Virus record (IMG/VR): IMGVR_UViG_3300048606_000166
Span: 19,869-83,868 of that record
Direction: 5' to 3' (one strand)
Source: a virus
Taxonomy: Duplodnaviria > Caudoviricetes
DNA length: 64,000 nt
In this document: piece after piece, positions 8,908-18,532 of the stretch
Layout of the letters: each line of letters starts with the position of its first letter
How positions within the stretch are numbered: position 1 is the stretch's first letter
Notes under the pieces: generated by a model
The model's database searches: none
What the model was told of the DNA's origin: nothing
Seen by the model: only the letters and a program-made list of their open reading frames with translations
Translations under genes and position numbers: made by a program

Positions 8908-9855
8908 TTACGGTGAGCGCGCAAAGGAGAGCGCGAGCGGCGGCGGTATGGTCGGCGCGCGGTAGCCGCCCACGGTTGCGGCGAAGGTGCCGTCCGGCTG
9001 CGTCACACCGAACTCGGTGAGAAGCGCTTGCAGCTCGGTCCATGCCTTCTGGAAATTGGTGAAGGCGGCCGCGGTCTGGTTGTCCGAAAGCGCCTCTGCC
9101 CCGTGCGCCGTCCGGATGGCCACGCCGACCGCGAGGCGCGACCGATCGATGGCTTGCTGGATCTTGGCGTGCGCCTCGGGCGGCTTGGTGCTCGGCGTCT
9201 GCGCGAAGAACACATTGACCGCTGCCTGCACGATGTCGAGCACGAGCTGCGCGTCGTCGATGCCGGCCGCGATCTTCGAGAGGGCGGGCCCCGCGCTCCG
9301 GAAGCACCCGAGCGGCGTGAGCGCGAGCGCTGCTGCAAAGACGAGCATCATGGTCGACCCTGGGGGCCGGCGCCGATCGCCCGGCGGGCGAATGCCGGAG
9401 CGCTGCGCCCGGCGCATGTCGCCGCCGAGCGGGCCCGAGCCGACGACGCCCCCGGCGCCGTTCGGCGCGCCCGGCTTCATGAGAAACGGAAGCGGGATCT
9501 CTTTGCCGCTCCGGAGCTTCTCAACGAAGACGCGGTGAGCGAGCACGGGAAGCGACGCCGACATCGCAAAGTTCATCACCGCCTGGACCCACGTTCCGCC
9601 GGCCACGAATTTCGTGAGGCATCCGGCCGCAAAGGCGAGCCCGAAGGCGAGCGGCTTGCGGTAGCGATGCGGCAAACACCCTGGGATCTTCGTGTCCGCT
9701 TTCAGGGCGCGCACGATGAGCCACACCCAGACCGGCGCGAGCGTGAGAAGCGTCTGCGGCTTCGATGGGTCAACCGGGCCGAGCAGCTCGAGCGCGGGCG
9801 AGAAGATGTCGCCGACGGTTTCTTGCAGGGCGATGCAGAGCGCTTGGAATCTCAT
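8908..9855 (-). CDS. Holin-like membrane domain fused to a lipobox-containing helical domain
   Basis: About 3 hydrophobic segments in the N-terminal half, linker, then MMLVFAAALALTPLG-C; start follows a TAGGTT -10. Confidence 0.55.
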   Translation of the reverse strand: MRFQALCIALQETVGDIFSPALELLGPVDPSKPQTLLTLAPVWVWLIVRALKADTKIPGCLPHRYRKPLAFGLAFAAGCLTKFVAGGTWVQAVMNFAMSASLPVLAHRVFVEKLRSGKEIPLPFLMKPGAPNGAGGVVGSGPLGGDMRRAQRSGIRPPGDRRRPPGSTMMLVFAAALALTPLGCFRSAGPALSKIAAGIDDAQLVLDIVQAAVNVFFAQTPSTKPPEAHAKIQQAIDRSRLAVGVAIRTAHGAEALSDNQTAAAFTNFQKAWTELQALLTEFGVTQPDGTFAATVGGYRAPTIPPPLALSFARSP

Positions 9856-10038
9856 GCCTCGGAACCTATCGAGCGAGAGCCGCGCGCACAAACCGCCCGG
9901 GCGCCGCTTGGCGGCTAGCGGTTGGTAACGTCCGATTTGCCTCGAGGGCGTCGGAATAGTTTCCCGCGTACGCGCGGGCGGCCAAGACGCCGAAGCCCTC
10001 GGGGCCCCTTGGCTATCGCTCGCTGATGATGTCCTCAC

Positions 10039-10749
10039 TCAGTGACGACCTTCCGCCTTGGCTTTTGGCCCGAGCGAGGCGGGCGGTGTTTGCTTCCGAA
10101 AGCGGGTGAGCTCTCCATGGACATGCCTATTGATTTCGTCCTGCTTGTCCCAGTTGTCCCCGGCTTGCGCGCCAGCGTCGGCGACTTCCGCCCGCAAGGC
10201 GCCGACGTCCGCCTGGTCGGCCTTGGATTTGACGAGCTCGCCGCACGCCTTGAATTTGGCGTCGAGCTCCTCTGCGCTCGGCCTCGTCGCATACCAGCGG
10301 TAGGCCGCCTCGCCCCCCTTGTACAGCGCGGTCGCGACGCCCGTGAGAGCCCCGCCGATGCCGACGACCGCGATCACGATCTTCTGCGCGTGCCCGAGCG
10401 TCTCGGCCCAGTCCTTGACCTGCTGGGTCCAGGTGCGCCGCGGCCGTATGGTCATGTCCGGCCCGAGCTCGACCATGCGCGCGCGCGCGAACCGAGGGAC
10501 GCTCGTCTCGACCTCCGGTGGATCGCTCTCGCTCTCGGGCGGCTCGCTTTCAGGCGGCGGCTCGCTCGGCGGATCGCTAAGCGGCATCGCCTCGCCGGCG
10601 ACGTAGGCACGCACCATCTCGGCCCGCTTCTCGTCGAGCCTCGGGCGCGACCGGTCCGGCCGGGGCGGTGGTGGCGGCGGCTGGATGCGCGGACGGGTTT
10701 CTCGAAACGGATCGGGTCCCGCCGGCGGCCGCTTGGGTCGGTCAGCCAT
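10039..10749 (-). CDS. Single-TM protein with Pro-rich N-terminus and coiled C-terminus (holin/i-spanin candidate)
   Basis: KIVIAVVGIGGALTGVATALY TM segment; position at head of lysis cassette. Confidence 0.55.
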   Translation of the reverse strand: MADRPKRPPAGPDPFRETRPRIQPPPPPPRPDRSRPRLDEKRAEMVRAYVAGEAMPLSDPPSEPPPESEPPESESDPPEVETSVPRFARARMVELGPDMTIRPRRTWTQQVKDWAETLGHAQKIVIAVVGIGGALTGVATALYKGGEAAYRWYATRPSAEELDAKFKACGELVKSKADQADVGALRAEVADAGAQAGDNWDKQDEINRHVHGELTRFRKQTPPASLGPKAKAEGRH

Positions 10750-10777
10750 ACGGCAGACGATACAGCTCCCTTACCGG

Positions 10778-11395
10778 CTACGCTTCCACACCCCAGCAGA
10801 CGACGCGCAGTTCCCCCGCAGTGCAAGGATTCGTGGCGTGGGTATTATAGACTGAGAAGCTCATTTGAGTGAATGGCAGCCCCCCCGCACTCACGTTGAG
10901 TGAATTGACGCCAAGTGGGATAGGCGTCAACGGAGCGTTCGATTGGGCATGGTTGAGGGAGCTCACGACGAAGCGCGCACCAGTCGAGAGCGTTACGTTC
11001 GTTGAGGTCCAGATGGTTGAGAGGTCTGTATCGGGAGGGCTGCTCGCATTAAGGCCGAACTGCACATTCACGATGCCCGCCGGAGGCTCGACGCCGAGGT
11101 ACGAATTTCCGCCAATGACGCAGACACCGATCGGTAGGAAGAATTGCCGAATCGCCTGCAGCGTGATCGCATCATAGAAGAGCATCAGTTCGCACGACCA
11201 GAGGGACATCGGGTCGACCGCAGGAACAACGACATCTGCCGTGAGTACAACGAGCCCACCCACATTGGTGAGCGGTCGGGGCGGCGGCATAGCGACGCCG
11301 TCGCCCACGCGCCCGTATCCCTGAAAGTTCGGTTGACCGCTATCCATAAACCAGCGGTAGTCGTCCTCTTTGCCGCCCCTCGTTCGTCGACTCAT
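10778..11395 (-). CDS. Hypothetical virion-associated protein
   Basis: Beta-rich ORF at the end of the baseplate block. Confidence 0.7.
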   Translation of the reverse strand: MSRRTRGGKEDDYRWFMDSGQPNFQGYGRVGDGVAMPPPRPLTNVGGLVVLTADVVVPAVDPMSLWSCELMLFYDAITLQAIRQFFLPIGVCVIGGNSYLGVEPPAGIVNVQFGLNASSPPDTDLSTIWTSTNVTLSTGARFVVSSLNHAQSNAPLTPIPLGVNSLNVSAGGLPFTQMSFSVYNTHATNPCTAGELRVVCWGVEA

Positions 11396-11404
11396 CGGCC
11401 CCCC

Positions 11405-12475
11405 CTAGATGCGCGCCGCCGCGCTCCACACTATCTCGGTCGCGCTGAGCGGGCGGCCGACGTAGAAATCCCACGTGTCGGCGTTTTCGTTGCCCGGCTG
11501 CAGGTATTGATCGCTGCCGTCGAACCGGCTCAAGATGCCGCCGGTCGCGCTGATGGCGAGCTTTTGCAGGTTGCTGTAGGCCGTTCGCTTGATCGCGATG
11601 CGGTACTCGGCCCCGAACCGGAAGGTGCCCGCGTTGAAGTTCAGGGTGAGCGTGCTCGAGACGCCCGTGTAGGTCGAGCAGTCGAAGATCCGGTACATCG
11701 AATTCCACGAGAGGTTCTGGGTCGCGAGCGCGCCCGAGCCCGTGATGTTCGACGTGGTCGCGTTGTATTTCAGGGTATCGACCGAGATGTCGGTGAAGGC
11801 CTGCAGCGAGTTCCAGATGTGGGGATTGGCAAGGCCGAGGACGTGGTTATTGAGGAGCCCGAGCATGGCCGAAATCGCGCCAATCGGGTTACCCGCCCGG
11901 ATCGACGCCGGCACGCCGGCGATTGCAAAGACGTCCTGCCGGCGCGTCACCGCGATGTCGGCGGCCAGGATCTCCGTCTGCCCGTAGCTGCGGGTGACGT
12001 CCGCCAAAAGGACACAGTAGACATCGGGCGGGCCGGGGGCCGTCGGTGAGAGCGACTCGCCCCCCTGCACAACGCGGAAGGTAAAGGTTTCGTTGCGCTC
12101 GAAGTAGACCGTGTCGGTATTGCCGTCGATGCGAGGATCGGAAAGGACCCGGTCGGCCTTGATGAAGATGGCGACCTTTTTGAGGTTGCCCGGCGTCACG
12201 ACCGCGGTCGACGAGCCGAGGTAATCGGTCGTGAGGGGAAGGACGAGCCCGCTCGTGACGCGGATGCGCTGGCCAAAGGCGTCGTAGGCGACCCCTGCCC
12301 CGATGTCGACCGAGATGTTCTGCGGCGTGTGCTCGACCACGCCGAGGCCGGCGACCACACCGTAGATCGCCAGATCGCTCATGATGGCGCGATCGGCGAG
12401 CTCCGCCTGCTCGAAACCATCGTCGAGCTCGGATTCGGAAAGCGGCTGCAGGTAGTAGTAGTCGCGTCGGTTCAT
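11405..12475 (-). CDS. Baseplate/tail-fibre attachment protein
   Basis: Follows the gpI-like gene; N-terminal MNRRDYYYLQPLSESELDDGF. Confidence 0.6.
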   Translation of the reverse strand: MNRRDYYYLQPLSESELDDGFEQAELADRAIMSDLAIYGVVAGLGVVEHTPQNISVDIGAGVAYDAFGQRIRVTSGLVLPLTTDYLGSSTAVVTPGNLKKVAIFIKADRVLSDPRIDGNTDTVYFERNETFTFRVVQGGESLSPTAPGPPDVYCVLLADVTRSYGQTEILAADIAVTRRQDVFAIAGVPASIRAGNPIGAISAMLGLLNNHVLGLANPHIWNSLQAFTDISVDTLKYNATTSNITGSGALATQNLSWNSMYRIFDCSTYTGVSSTLTLNFNAGTFRFGAEYRIAIKRTAYSNLQKLAISATGGILSRFDGSDQYLQPGNENADTWDFYVGRPLSATEIVWSAAARI

Positions 12476-14397
12476 GGCTCCTCGATGCGCCAATGGCAGC
12501 GGCTGTCTTTCATGTAGTCGATGATCCTGTTCATGCGGCTTCTCGTCGTGTCGTCGAGCGGCACGGGTGACTCGACGACGAAGGTATAGAGATCGGCCTG
12601 CCGGGTCGAACCGAGCACGAAAGTGCCCCCGAGGGTGCCGGTCCCGAGCGCCGTGCCCGATTGCACCGGCGTCGTGATGGTCACCTCGATGCTCAAAAAG
12701 AGCCGGATGGTATTGATGATGCCGGGATCGGTGCCCTTCTGCCGGTAGACGGGCACGAGCAAGGGGACGAGCCGGCGCTTATCGTTCAGCGAGAGCTCGA
12801 AGTCGAAGGGGTTGCCGAGATCGGCAAGCATCGCGTCGACGAAGGCCTCGGGCGCGACGTCCGAATCGAGGATGTCGGCCATCGAGTCGATTTCGTAAAG
12901 CTCGAGCTCCTCGACCTCCTGGATGATGCCGAGCAGCTTGTCGAGATCGCCGGTCTCGTCCTCGTCGATGTTCATCTGCGGCACGAGGTCTTTGACGTCG
13001 AACTCGCGCCCCGCTGGGATCGCCGGCTGGTAGCCGAGAAAAGACGCCGCGTTGGTCGGCGGGATCGCCGAGTTACCCCCCGGATCCTTGACCCACGCCG
13101 TCAGCGTGTAAACCGCCCGGGGGGTGAGCTCGATGTCGGCCGTCACGTCGAACTCGCTTTCGGAGACCTTGGTGATGCTGGCGATCGCCGGCGTCACGGC
13201 GGGGAGCCGCGTCGCCTCCGGGTGCAGCGCGAGCTCCCAGCTGGCCGGGTTGAGCGCGTCGGCCGTACCCGCCTCGCTCTCGGAAAGCACGTCCTCGTCG
13301 AACGTCGCGCGGACTATTTTGAGGTTGCTGGCGACCGCGCTCGAGAGGACTGGCCCCGCCGTGTCGGCGACCGTGAAGGTGTAGGTCTCGTCGATGGTGA
13401 GGGGCGAGCCGGCGGTCGTTTGAGAGACGACCCGGACCGAGACGACCTGCTCGCTCTCGAGCAGGAATGTCGGGTCGATGGTGACGTGGAGGTTGCCCGC
13501 GCCGATGGTGTGACTCTCGGACCCAGGGCCATCGAAGCCGGCCTGAAAGACGCCCCCGTCGAAGGCGAGCACGCCGTCGACATAGATCGCGGTTACGCCC
13601 GTCGCGATGCCGCTGCCGCCGACGTCGAGGATCTCGAGCGCGATGTGGCCATCGGCCGGCGCGCCGGTGTCGTTCGGCTCGGGATCACGGTTGGCGAGCA
13701 CCGGCGTGACGAGAGGCAGCCCGACGAGAACGACCGAGTCGACGTACGCCGCCGGCAGTTCGAGATCGTAGTGGGCGACTTTCCAAGCGATGGATCCGTT
13801 GTTGGCCTCGATCGTCGTCGCCGCGCCGTTCAAGATCTTGACGCTCGTCGCCGAGACGAAATCGGTCACATGAAAGAGGCCGTTGTTCGCCGCCTGGGCG
13901 GCGCCGGAAACGAGGATCCCCCTGCCCCGCATGGCGAGCGTCGCGCCGGTGAGGCCGATGAGCGTCGCCTTTTTCGTGAGCGCCTCGTAGCTGTTGACGG
14001 CAAGCGTCGTGCCGCTCTGGCCGCCGGTCAGGAGGAGCCGAAACGCGATGGCGTGGCTGCCCGAGAGGGCGGAGATGTCGGCCGCGAGATCGACGCGCGT
14101 GCGCGCGCGTTCGATGTTTTGCCCCGCGTACTCGACGCCATCGACGAGGATGGAAAAGCGCCAGACGAGCCCCGCCGGCAAGGGCGCGGGCGGCCGAAGC
14201 CGGAACGACCCCCGGATGAGATGCAGTCCCGTGAGGTCGCCGGTCTGCTCGACCTTCGCGAAGTCGCCGACGCGAACCGGCTCGACGACGCCCGCCGCGT
14301 CACTGCCAAGCAGAAAGACATAGCCCGGGCCTGCCCCCTCTGGGACGATGCGGCCTTCGGTCAGGCCGAGCTCGCCGGTCCATGCCGTGAGACCCAC
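12472..14397 (-). CDS. Baseplate wedge protein with Ig-like domains and C-terminal P2 gpI-like domain
   Basis: PEAFVDAMLADLG...KRRLVPLLVPVYRQKGT...GI motif. Confidence 0.75.
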   Translation of the reverse strand: MGLTAWTGELGLTEGRIVPEGAGPGYVFLLGSDAAGVVEPVRVGDFAKVEQTGDLTGLHLIRGSFRLRPPAPLPAGLVWRFSILVDGVEYAGQNIERARTRVDLAADISALSGSHAIAFRLLLTGGQSGTTLAVNSYEALTKKATLIGLTGATLAMRGRGILVSGAAQAANNGLFHVTDFVSATSVKILNGAATTIEANNGSIAWKVAHYDLELPAAYVDSVVLVGLPLVTPVLANRDPEPNDTGAPADGHIALEILDVGGSGIATGVTAIYVDGVLAFDGGVFQAGFDGPGSESHTIGAGNLHVTIDPTFLLESEQVVSVRVVSQTTAGSPLTIDETYTFTVADTAGPVLSSAVASNLKIVRATFDEDVLSESEAGTADALNPASWELALHPEATRLPAVTPAIASITKVSESEFDVTADIELTPRAVYTLTAWVKDPGGNSAIPPTNAASFLGYQPAIPAGREFDVKDLVPQMNIDEDETGDLDKLLGIIQEVEELELYEIDSMADILDSDVAPEAFVDAMLADLGNPFDFELSLNDKRRLVPLLVPVYRQKGTDPGIINTIRLFLSIEVTITTPVQSGTALGTGTLGGTFVLGSTRQADLYTFVVESPVPLDDTTRSRMNRIIDYMKDSRCHWRIEEP

Positions 14398-14400
14398 GGG

Positions 14401-15126
14401 TTAAAGCTGCCTGTCGACGGTCAGGTGGTCCCAGTAGGCGCGCCGCGAGACGTCCGACACCTGCATGCCGAAGCCGACGCGGCCCGAGGTGAGAGGCAAG
14501 GTGCCGCTATTGACGCCCATCGCGTCGTCAATGAAGGCCGTCGCCTCGAGCCCGTTCGGATAGTCGCTCATCCCCGGGATCTTGACCCACGCGGGCGTGA
14601 TGACCGGATTGGCGGTGAGCTCTGACCGGTAAGCGTTGATGACGACGTCGCCGCTCGTATTGACGACGACGTCGAGCCGGAGGTGCACCCAAGTTCCTTG
14701 GATGACGCTCGCCGTCGAGCGCGCGAGCACGCCCGACGAGCCCGGGGGCACATCGGGAATGCCGAGCGCGAGCTGCCCTTTTCGAAGCACGATGTGCGAG
14801 GGGTCGGCGTCGGAAAGCCCGAGGATGTAGGCGTTGTCGGTCACGGTGTTGCCGCCGAGCGCGAGGAAGATGAAGGGCGCGACGCCCGCCCCGCCAGCCG
14901 ACGGCCCGCGCCGAATGGCCCCGGTGATGCGCCCGCCCTTCAGCATCGGATTGAAGTTCGGCAAGTCGACGTAGCGGCCGACGACGCCCGGGTTATTGAG
15001 AATGCTCGCCGCCCCGTAGACGAAGGACCCGCCGCCCGAAGCGGGCGTCGTTCCGCCGGTCACGCCCTGAAGGACGGAAGACGAGCCGAGCGCGTTGATG
15101 AGAGCTGCCCAATCAGAGGAGGCCAT
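14401..15126 (-). CDS. Hypothetical baseplate-region protein (beta-sandwich-like)
   Basis: Beta-rich sequence in the baseplate operon. Confidence 0.7.
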   Translation of the reverse strand: MASSDWAALINALGSSSVLQGVTGGTTPASGGGSFVYGAASILNNPGVVGRYVDLPNFNPMLKGGRITGAIRRGPSAGGAGVAPFIFLALGGNTVTDNAYILGLSDADPSHIVLRKGQLALGIPDVPPGSSGVLARSTASVIQGTWVHLRLDVVVNTSGDVVINAYRSELTANPVITPAWVKIPGMSDYPNGLEATAFIDDAMGVNSGTLPLTSGRVGFGMQVSDVSRRAYWDHLTVDRQL

Positions 15127-15139
15127 GGCGCGATTCCTT

Positions 15140-16393
15140 TCAGATGACGTCGACCCAGAAGAGGGATGGATCGCCAAACACTTTGAGCTGCCCGCTGCCG
15201 TAGTCGCCGATCACAATGACCGCGCCCCCGAGCGCCTGCGAGATCTGAAACCCGAGCGTCGTCGGGTTGACAACGTAGAAGAGGATGCCGTCGGAGATGC
15301 CGAGGGGAAACGCGCCGCTCGTCGAGAAGCCGCACCTGTCGTCGGCAAAAAACGGGTGCCCCTCCCAACCGAGCTCGCTCGCCGGCGCCGGCGAGACCGC
15401 GACCGCGACCGGTCCGAAGACACGCTCGAAGCCCTCGGCCGGATCCGCGTTCGTTCCGGCGAAGAGGGCCGTCTCGACGGCGAAGAGCCCGAGGGTGTAG
15501 CCCTCATCCCAGCCGAGCGGATCAAAGCTCTCGATGCCGAAGACTGCCGCCTCGACGCCCGGGAAGTCGAGCGCGTAGGGGCCGAGTTGCTCGAAGTCCT
15601 CGTAGCTTCTGGCAGGCCCTGGATCCGAATCGAAGCTCGCCTCGGCGGTTGCGGCGAGACCGCGCAAGAAATCATCCCAGTCAACCTCGAAGCCCTCGAA
15701 GAGCAAGGCGCCGAACGACGCCGACCCGAGCGCGAGCGCGTAAGGTTCGAGGTCGTAGTAGAAATTGCCCCAGCGCCGTTCGAAGTCTTCGACATCGATC
15801 TGGTCGCGCTGGGCGATCCAGGAGTAAACGCCCCACTCCGTCTCGACGACGCCTGGCAGGCCGAGCACGTACCCGACGCGCGGCATGCCGACCATGGCCG
15901 TCTTCGCAGCCGCGGTGACCGTGCCGTTGCCACTCGCCGCGCCGGCAACAGAGAGCGTGCGCCCGGTCGCGAGGTGCTTGGCGGTGAAGGTCATCACCGT
16001 CGACGCTGTCCACGTGAGCGGCGCTGAAAGGAGATTCACCCCGCCAATGCGGAGAATGATCTGCTGGGTGCTGACGTCATAGAAAAGCCGATTGCTCGCA
16101 TCGAAGTAGACGAGGTTGTGCTCGATGCCTGGGTCGTAGGCGAGCGACGCCGCCGTCGCGATGGTCTCCATGACGAAGCTGAAGAAGCCGTTCGGCGCGA
16201 CCACCTCGGGCACGAACCGGCCGAGCTGCCCGATGCCGGTGACATCGGTCCAATCGGCCCCGACCGAGACGAAAGCGGCCGCGCCAAACCCCGCCTTTTC
16301 ATACGCCGCGGAAAGCGACGTGAGCGTCCAGCCCTCGGCAAGCCCCGGCTGCTCGGCGGGTGTCTCGAAACTGAGGTTGCCGGGCGCAGGCAT
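15140..16393 (-). CDS. Hypothetical baseplate-region protein with acidic FE-x-F repeats
   Basis: Repeated EDFE/EGFE/ESFD motifs in the C-terminal half. Confidence 0.7.
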   Translation of the reverse strand: MPAPGNLSFETPAEQPGLAEGWTLTSLSAAYEKAGFGAAAFVSVGADWTDVTGIGQLGRFVPEVVAPNGFFSFVMETIATAASLAYDPGIEHNLVYFDASNRLFYDVSTQQIILRIGGVNLLSAPLTWTASTVMTFTAKHLATGRTLSVAGAASGNGTVTAAAKTAMVGMPRVGYVLGLPGVVETEWGVYSWIAQRDQIDVEDFERRWGNFYYDLEPYALALGSASFGALLFEGFEVDWDDFLRGLAATAEASFDSDPGPARSYEDFEQLGPYALDFPGVEAAVFGIESFDPLGWDEGYTLGLFAVETALFAGTNADPAEGFERVFGPVAVAVSPAPASELGWEGHPFFADDRCGFSTSGAFPLGISDGILFYVVNPTTLGFQISQALGGAVIVIGDYGSGQLKVFGDPSLFWVDVI

Positions 16394-16401
16394 CGCTCGG
16401 C

Positions 16402-17988
16402 CTAGAGGGGCAGGCTCGTGTCGGCATCGATGATGACGACCGTGCCGAGGACAGGGAACGCGAAATTGGAGATGACGACGTCGGAGCGCAGGCCGTTCAG
16501 AAGAAAATCGGTCTGGCCCGCCCCGAGCTTGCGGAGCTCGGCGACGTCCCGGACCACGTTGTAGACGTCGGAGAAGGGCAGCTCGCCGGTCGGGTTGCCG
16601 TCGGCATCCTTGAAGTGCCAGCCGAAGTCGACGCGCGGGTTTTGCACAAGCGCGTCGCCGTCGGCCGCCGTGACACCGATGGACGCCGCGAGCTCGGGCG
16701 CTGTTGCCAGGAGATCCGACGCCCTCACCTGGATGGCGAAGAACGTCTCGAGCGCGTTCAGCACCGCGGCCTTGGCCTGCGCGCCCGTGACCCCTGGCCG
16801 CTTGTACGCGAGCAGCGTCACGTCGACGGTCGCGTAAGGGGCGGTCTGGGTGATGAGGTTGAGCGTGTTGGTCTTCGGGTAGTCCGCGGTAGGACCAGCG
16901 AAACGGGCGCCAATCTCCGTCACGAGCGCCGGCGAGGCCTGCCCGCCGCCGATCGGAACGATAAAAAGGCGGCCCGTGTTCTCGGGTACGGCGGGATCCT
17001 CGTTCTTCGTGAGGTAGAGCGCGCGCGCTACGCCCGTCGTCAGCTCGGCCACGATTTCGAAGTCCTCACGGGCGACCGCGCGCGAGAGCACGCGCAGCTG
17101 CCGAGGGGCGTTCTGCTTGATCTGCGCGTTCGATTCGCGGTTGGTCCCGCCGATCGATTTCACGAGGTTCTCGGCCGAGAGCGCGACCGGGTTGCCGAGC
17201 GAGTCGCGGTAGACGCCCTCGAGCACGCGCACGCTGCCCACCTCGAGCACGCCGATGTCGCCCCCTCCGGTCTTGTAAGTGACCGTGAGGGTGCCGGTCG
17301 GGATGGCGCCGTTGATGCCGTTGCCGAACCGGAGCTGGCAGCGGCCGAGCGCGTCGACCGACTCGACGTAGTGGCGCTCGGTCGAGTCGGAGTCGAGGAA
17401 GTTGCCGACCTGGGTGTAGGCGCCGTTGCCGGCCGTGACGATGGACGAGTCGTCGAGAAAGGGCGCCTTCGTCAGCTGAAACGTCTGGTCGGGTACGCCC
17501 TGCTGCGGGATGAAGGCCTCGGTGGTTCTGACCGAATTTTCGAGGGTGAGCGTCACGCTCGTCTGCCCCGCGGCGAGCTCCTCGTCGTCCTCGACCTCGA
17601 AGCGGATGGCGTTGGTGACCTCGGGCGTTTTGACGCCGTTGCCCTTCGCGATGGGCACTGGATTCGCGAGGGGCGCGGGAAGACTAAAGCGCACGTCGAC
17701 CGTCGCCGCCGTCGCCCCCCCGGGCTGGTAGGCGAGAAGCTTCGCGTGCGCCATGACGCTGCGCCGGAGCTGCGCGCTGACGAGGCGCGATTCGCGCGCC
17801 CACTTGTCGATGTAGAAGGCCTTGAGGTCCGCGAGGTGCGCCTCGAGCTCGATGAGGAGGTTGCCGAAATTGGCGACGTTTTCTTCCGTCCACTTCGGGA
17901 AGACCGAGCGGATGAGGTTTCTCATCCGCGCGAGCACGTTCGCGAAATCCTTGTCGGTCTTGTCGAGGACGATCGGCAGAAGGGCCAT
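16402..17988 (-). CDS. Baseplate J-like wedge protein
   Basis: DKTDKDF...FPKWTEENVANFG, GGTNRESNAQIKQNAP...RAVAREDFE motifs. Confidence 0.85.
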   Translation of the reverse strand: MALLPIVLDKTDKDFANVLARMRNLIRSVFPKWTEENVANFGNLLIELEAHLADLKAFYIDKWARESRLVSAQLRRSVMAHAKLLAYQPGGATAATVDVRFSLPAPLANPVPIAKGNGVKTPEVTNAIRFEVEDDEELAAGQTSVTLTLENSVRTTEAFIPQQGVPDQTFQLTKAPFLDDSSIVTAGNGAYTQVGNFLDSDSTERHYVESVDALGRCQLRFGNGINGAIPTGTLTVTYKTGGGDIGVLEVGSVRVLEGVYRDSLGNPVALSAENLVKSIGGTNRESNAQIKQNAPRQLRVLSRAVAREDFEIVAELTTGVARALYLTKNEDPAVPENTGRLFIVPIGGGQASPALVTEIGARFAGPTADYPKTNTLNLITQTAPYATVDVTLLAYKRPGVTGAQAKAAVLNALETFFAIQVRASDLLATAPELAASIGVTAADGDALVQNPRVDFGWHFKDADGNPTGELPFSDVYNVVRDVAELRKLGAGQTDFLLNGLRSDVVISNFAFPVLGTVVIIDADTSLPL

Positions 17989-18004
17989 CAGCGCACCGAA
18001 CCTC

Positions 18005-18532
18005 TCACGCCGTCAGGCCGACCGGCAAACTGACGGTAACGTCGCGCTCGATGACCCGCTGGCCAGCCGACGCGTCGACGAGGTCGTAGCGGACGTGCAC
18101 CTGGGAGCCGCGCTTGGTTCCGCTTTCGAGGCGCTCGAGCTCGACCCTTTTGATGCGCGCGCGCGGCTCCCAGCGCCGCACCGGATCGACCACGTAGAGG
18201 CGCGCGAGCTCCTGAAAGGCCGGGTTATTCGAAGCGTGCCGCAGGGTGTGCAGCTGCGAGCCGAACCGGCTCCGCCACCTCACCTCACCCGGCCGCCGGT
18301 CGGTGCCACCCTTGGTGCCGAGGATTTGCCGGAGGTTACTCGACACGAGATCGGCGCCGGTGCCGGACGCGAAATCGCTCTTCAGGTCGCGGCGAAAGGG
18401 GTGCAAGAGCCCGATGCCGAGAAAGGCGTCGGTCGCGAGGATAGCGGCCGCATCGGACTGGCCCGCCCCGCCGCTCGATGGCGGCGCCGGCGTCGACGAG
18501 GGAAGGAGCGGAAAGACGGCTACTTGCGGCAT
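18005..18532 (-). CDS. gp25/GPW-like baseplate protein
   Basis: ILGTK...PGEVRWRSRFGSQLHTLRH...RWEPRARI motif. Confidence 0.8.
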   Translation of the reverse strand: MPQVAVFPLLPSSTPAPPSSGGAGQSDAAAILATDAFLGIGLLHPFRRDLKSDFASGTGADLVSSNLRQILGTKGGTDRRPGEVRWRSRFGSQLHTLRHASNNPAFQELARLYVVDPVRRWEPRARIKRVELERLESGTKRGSQVHVRYDLVDASAGQRVIERDVTVSLPVGLTA

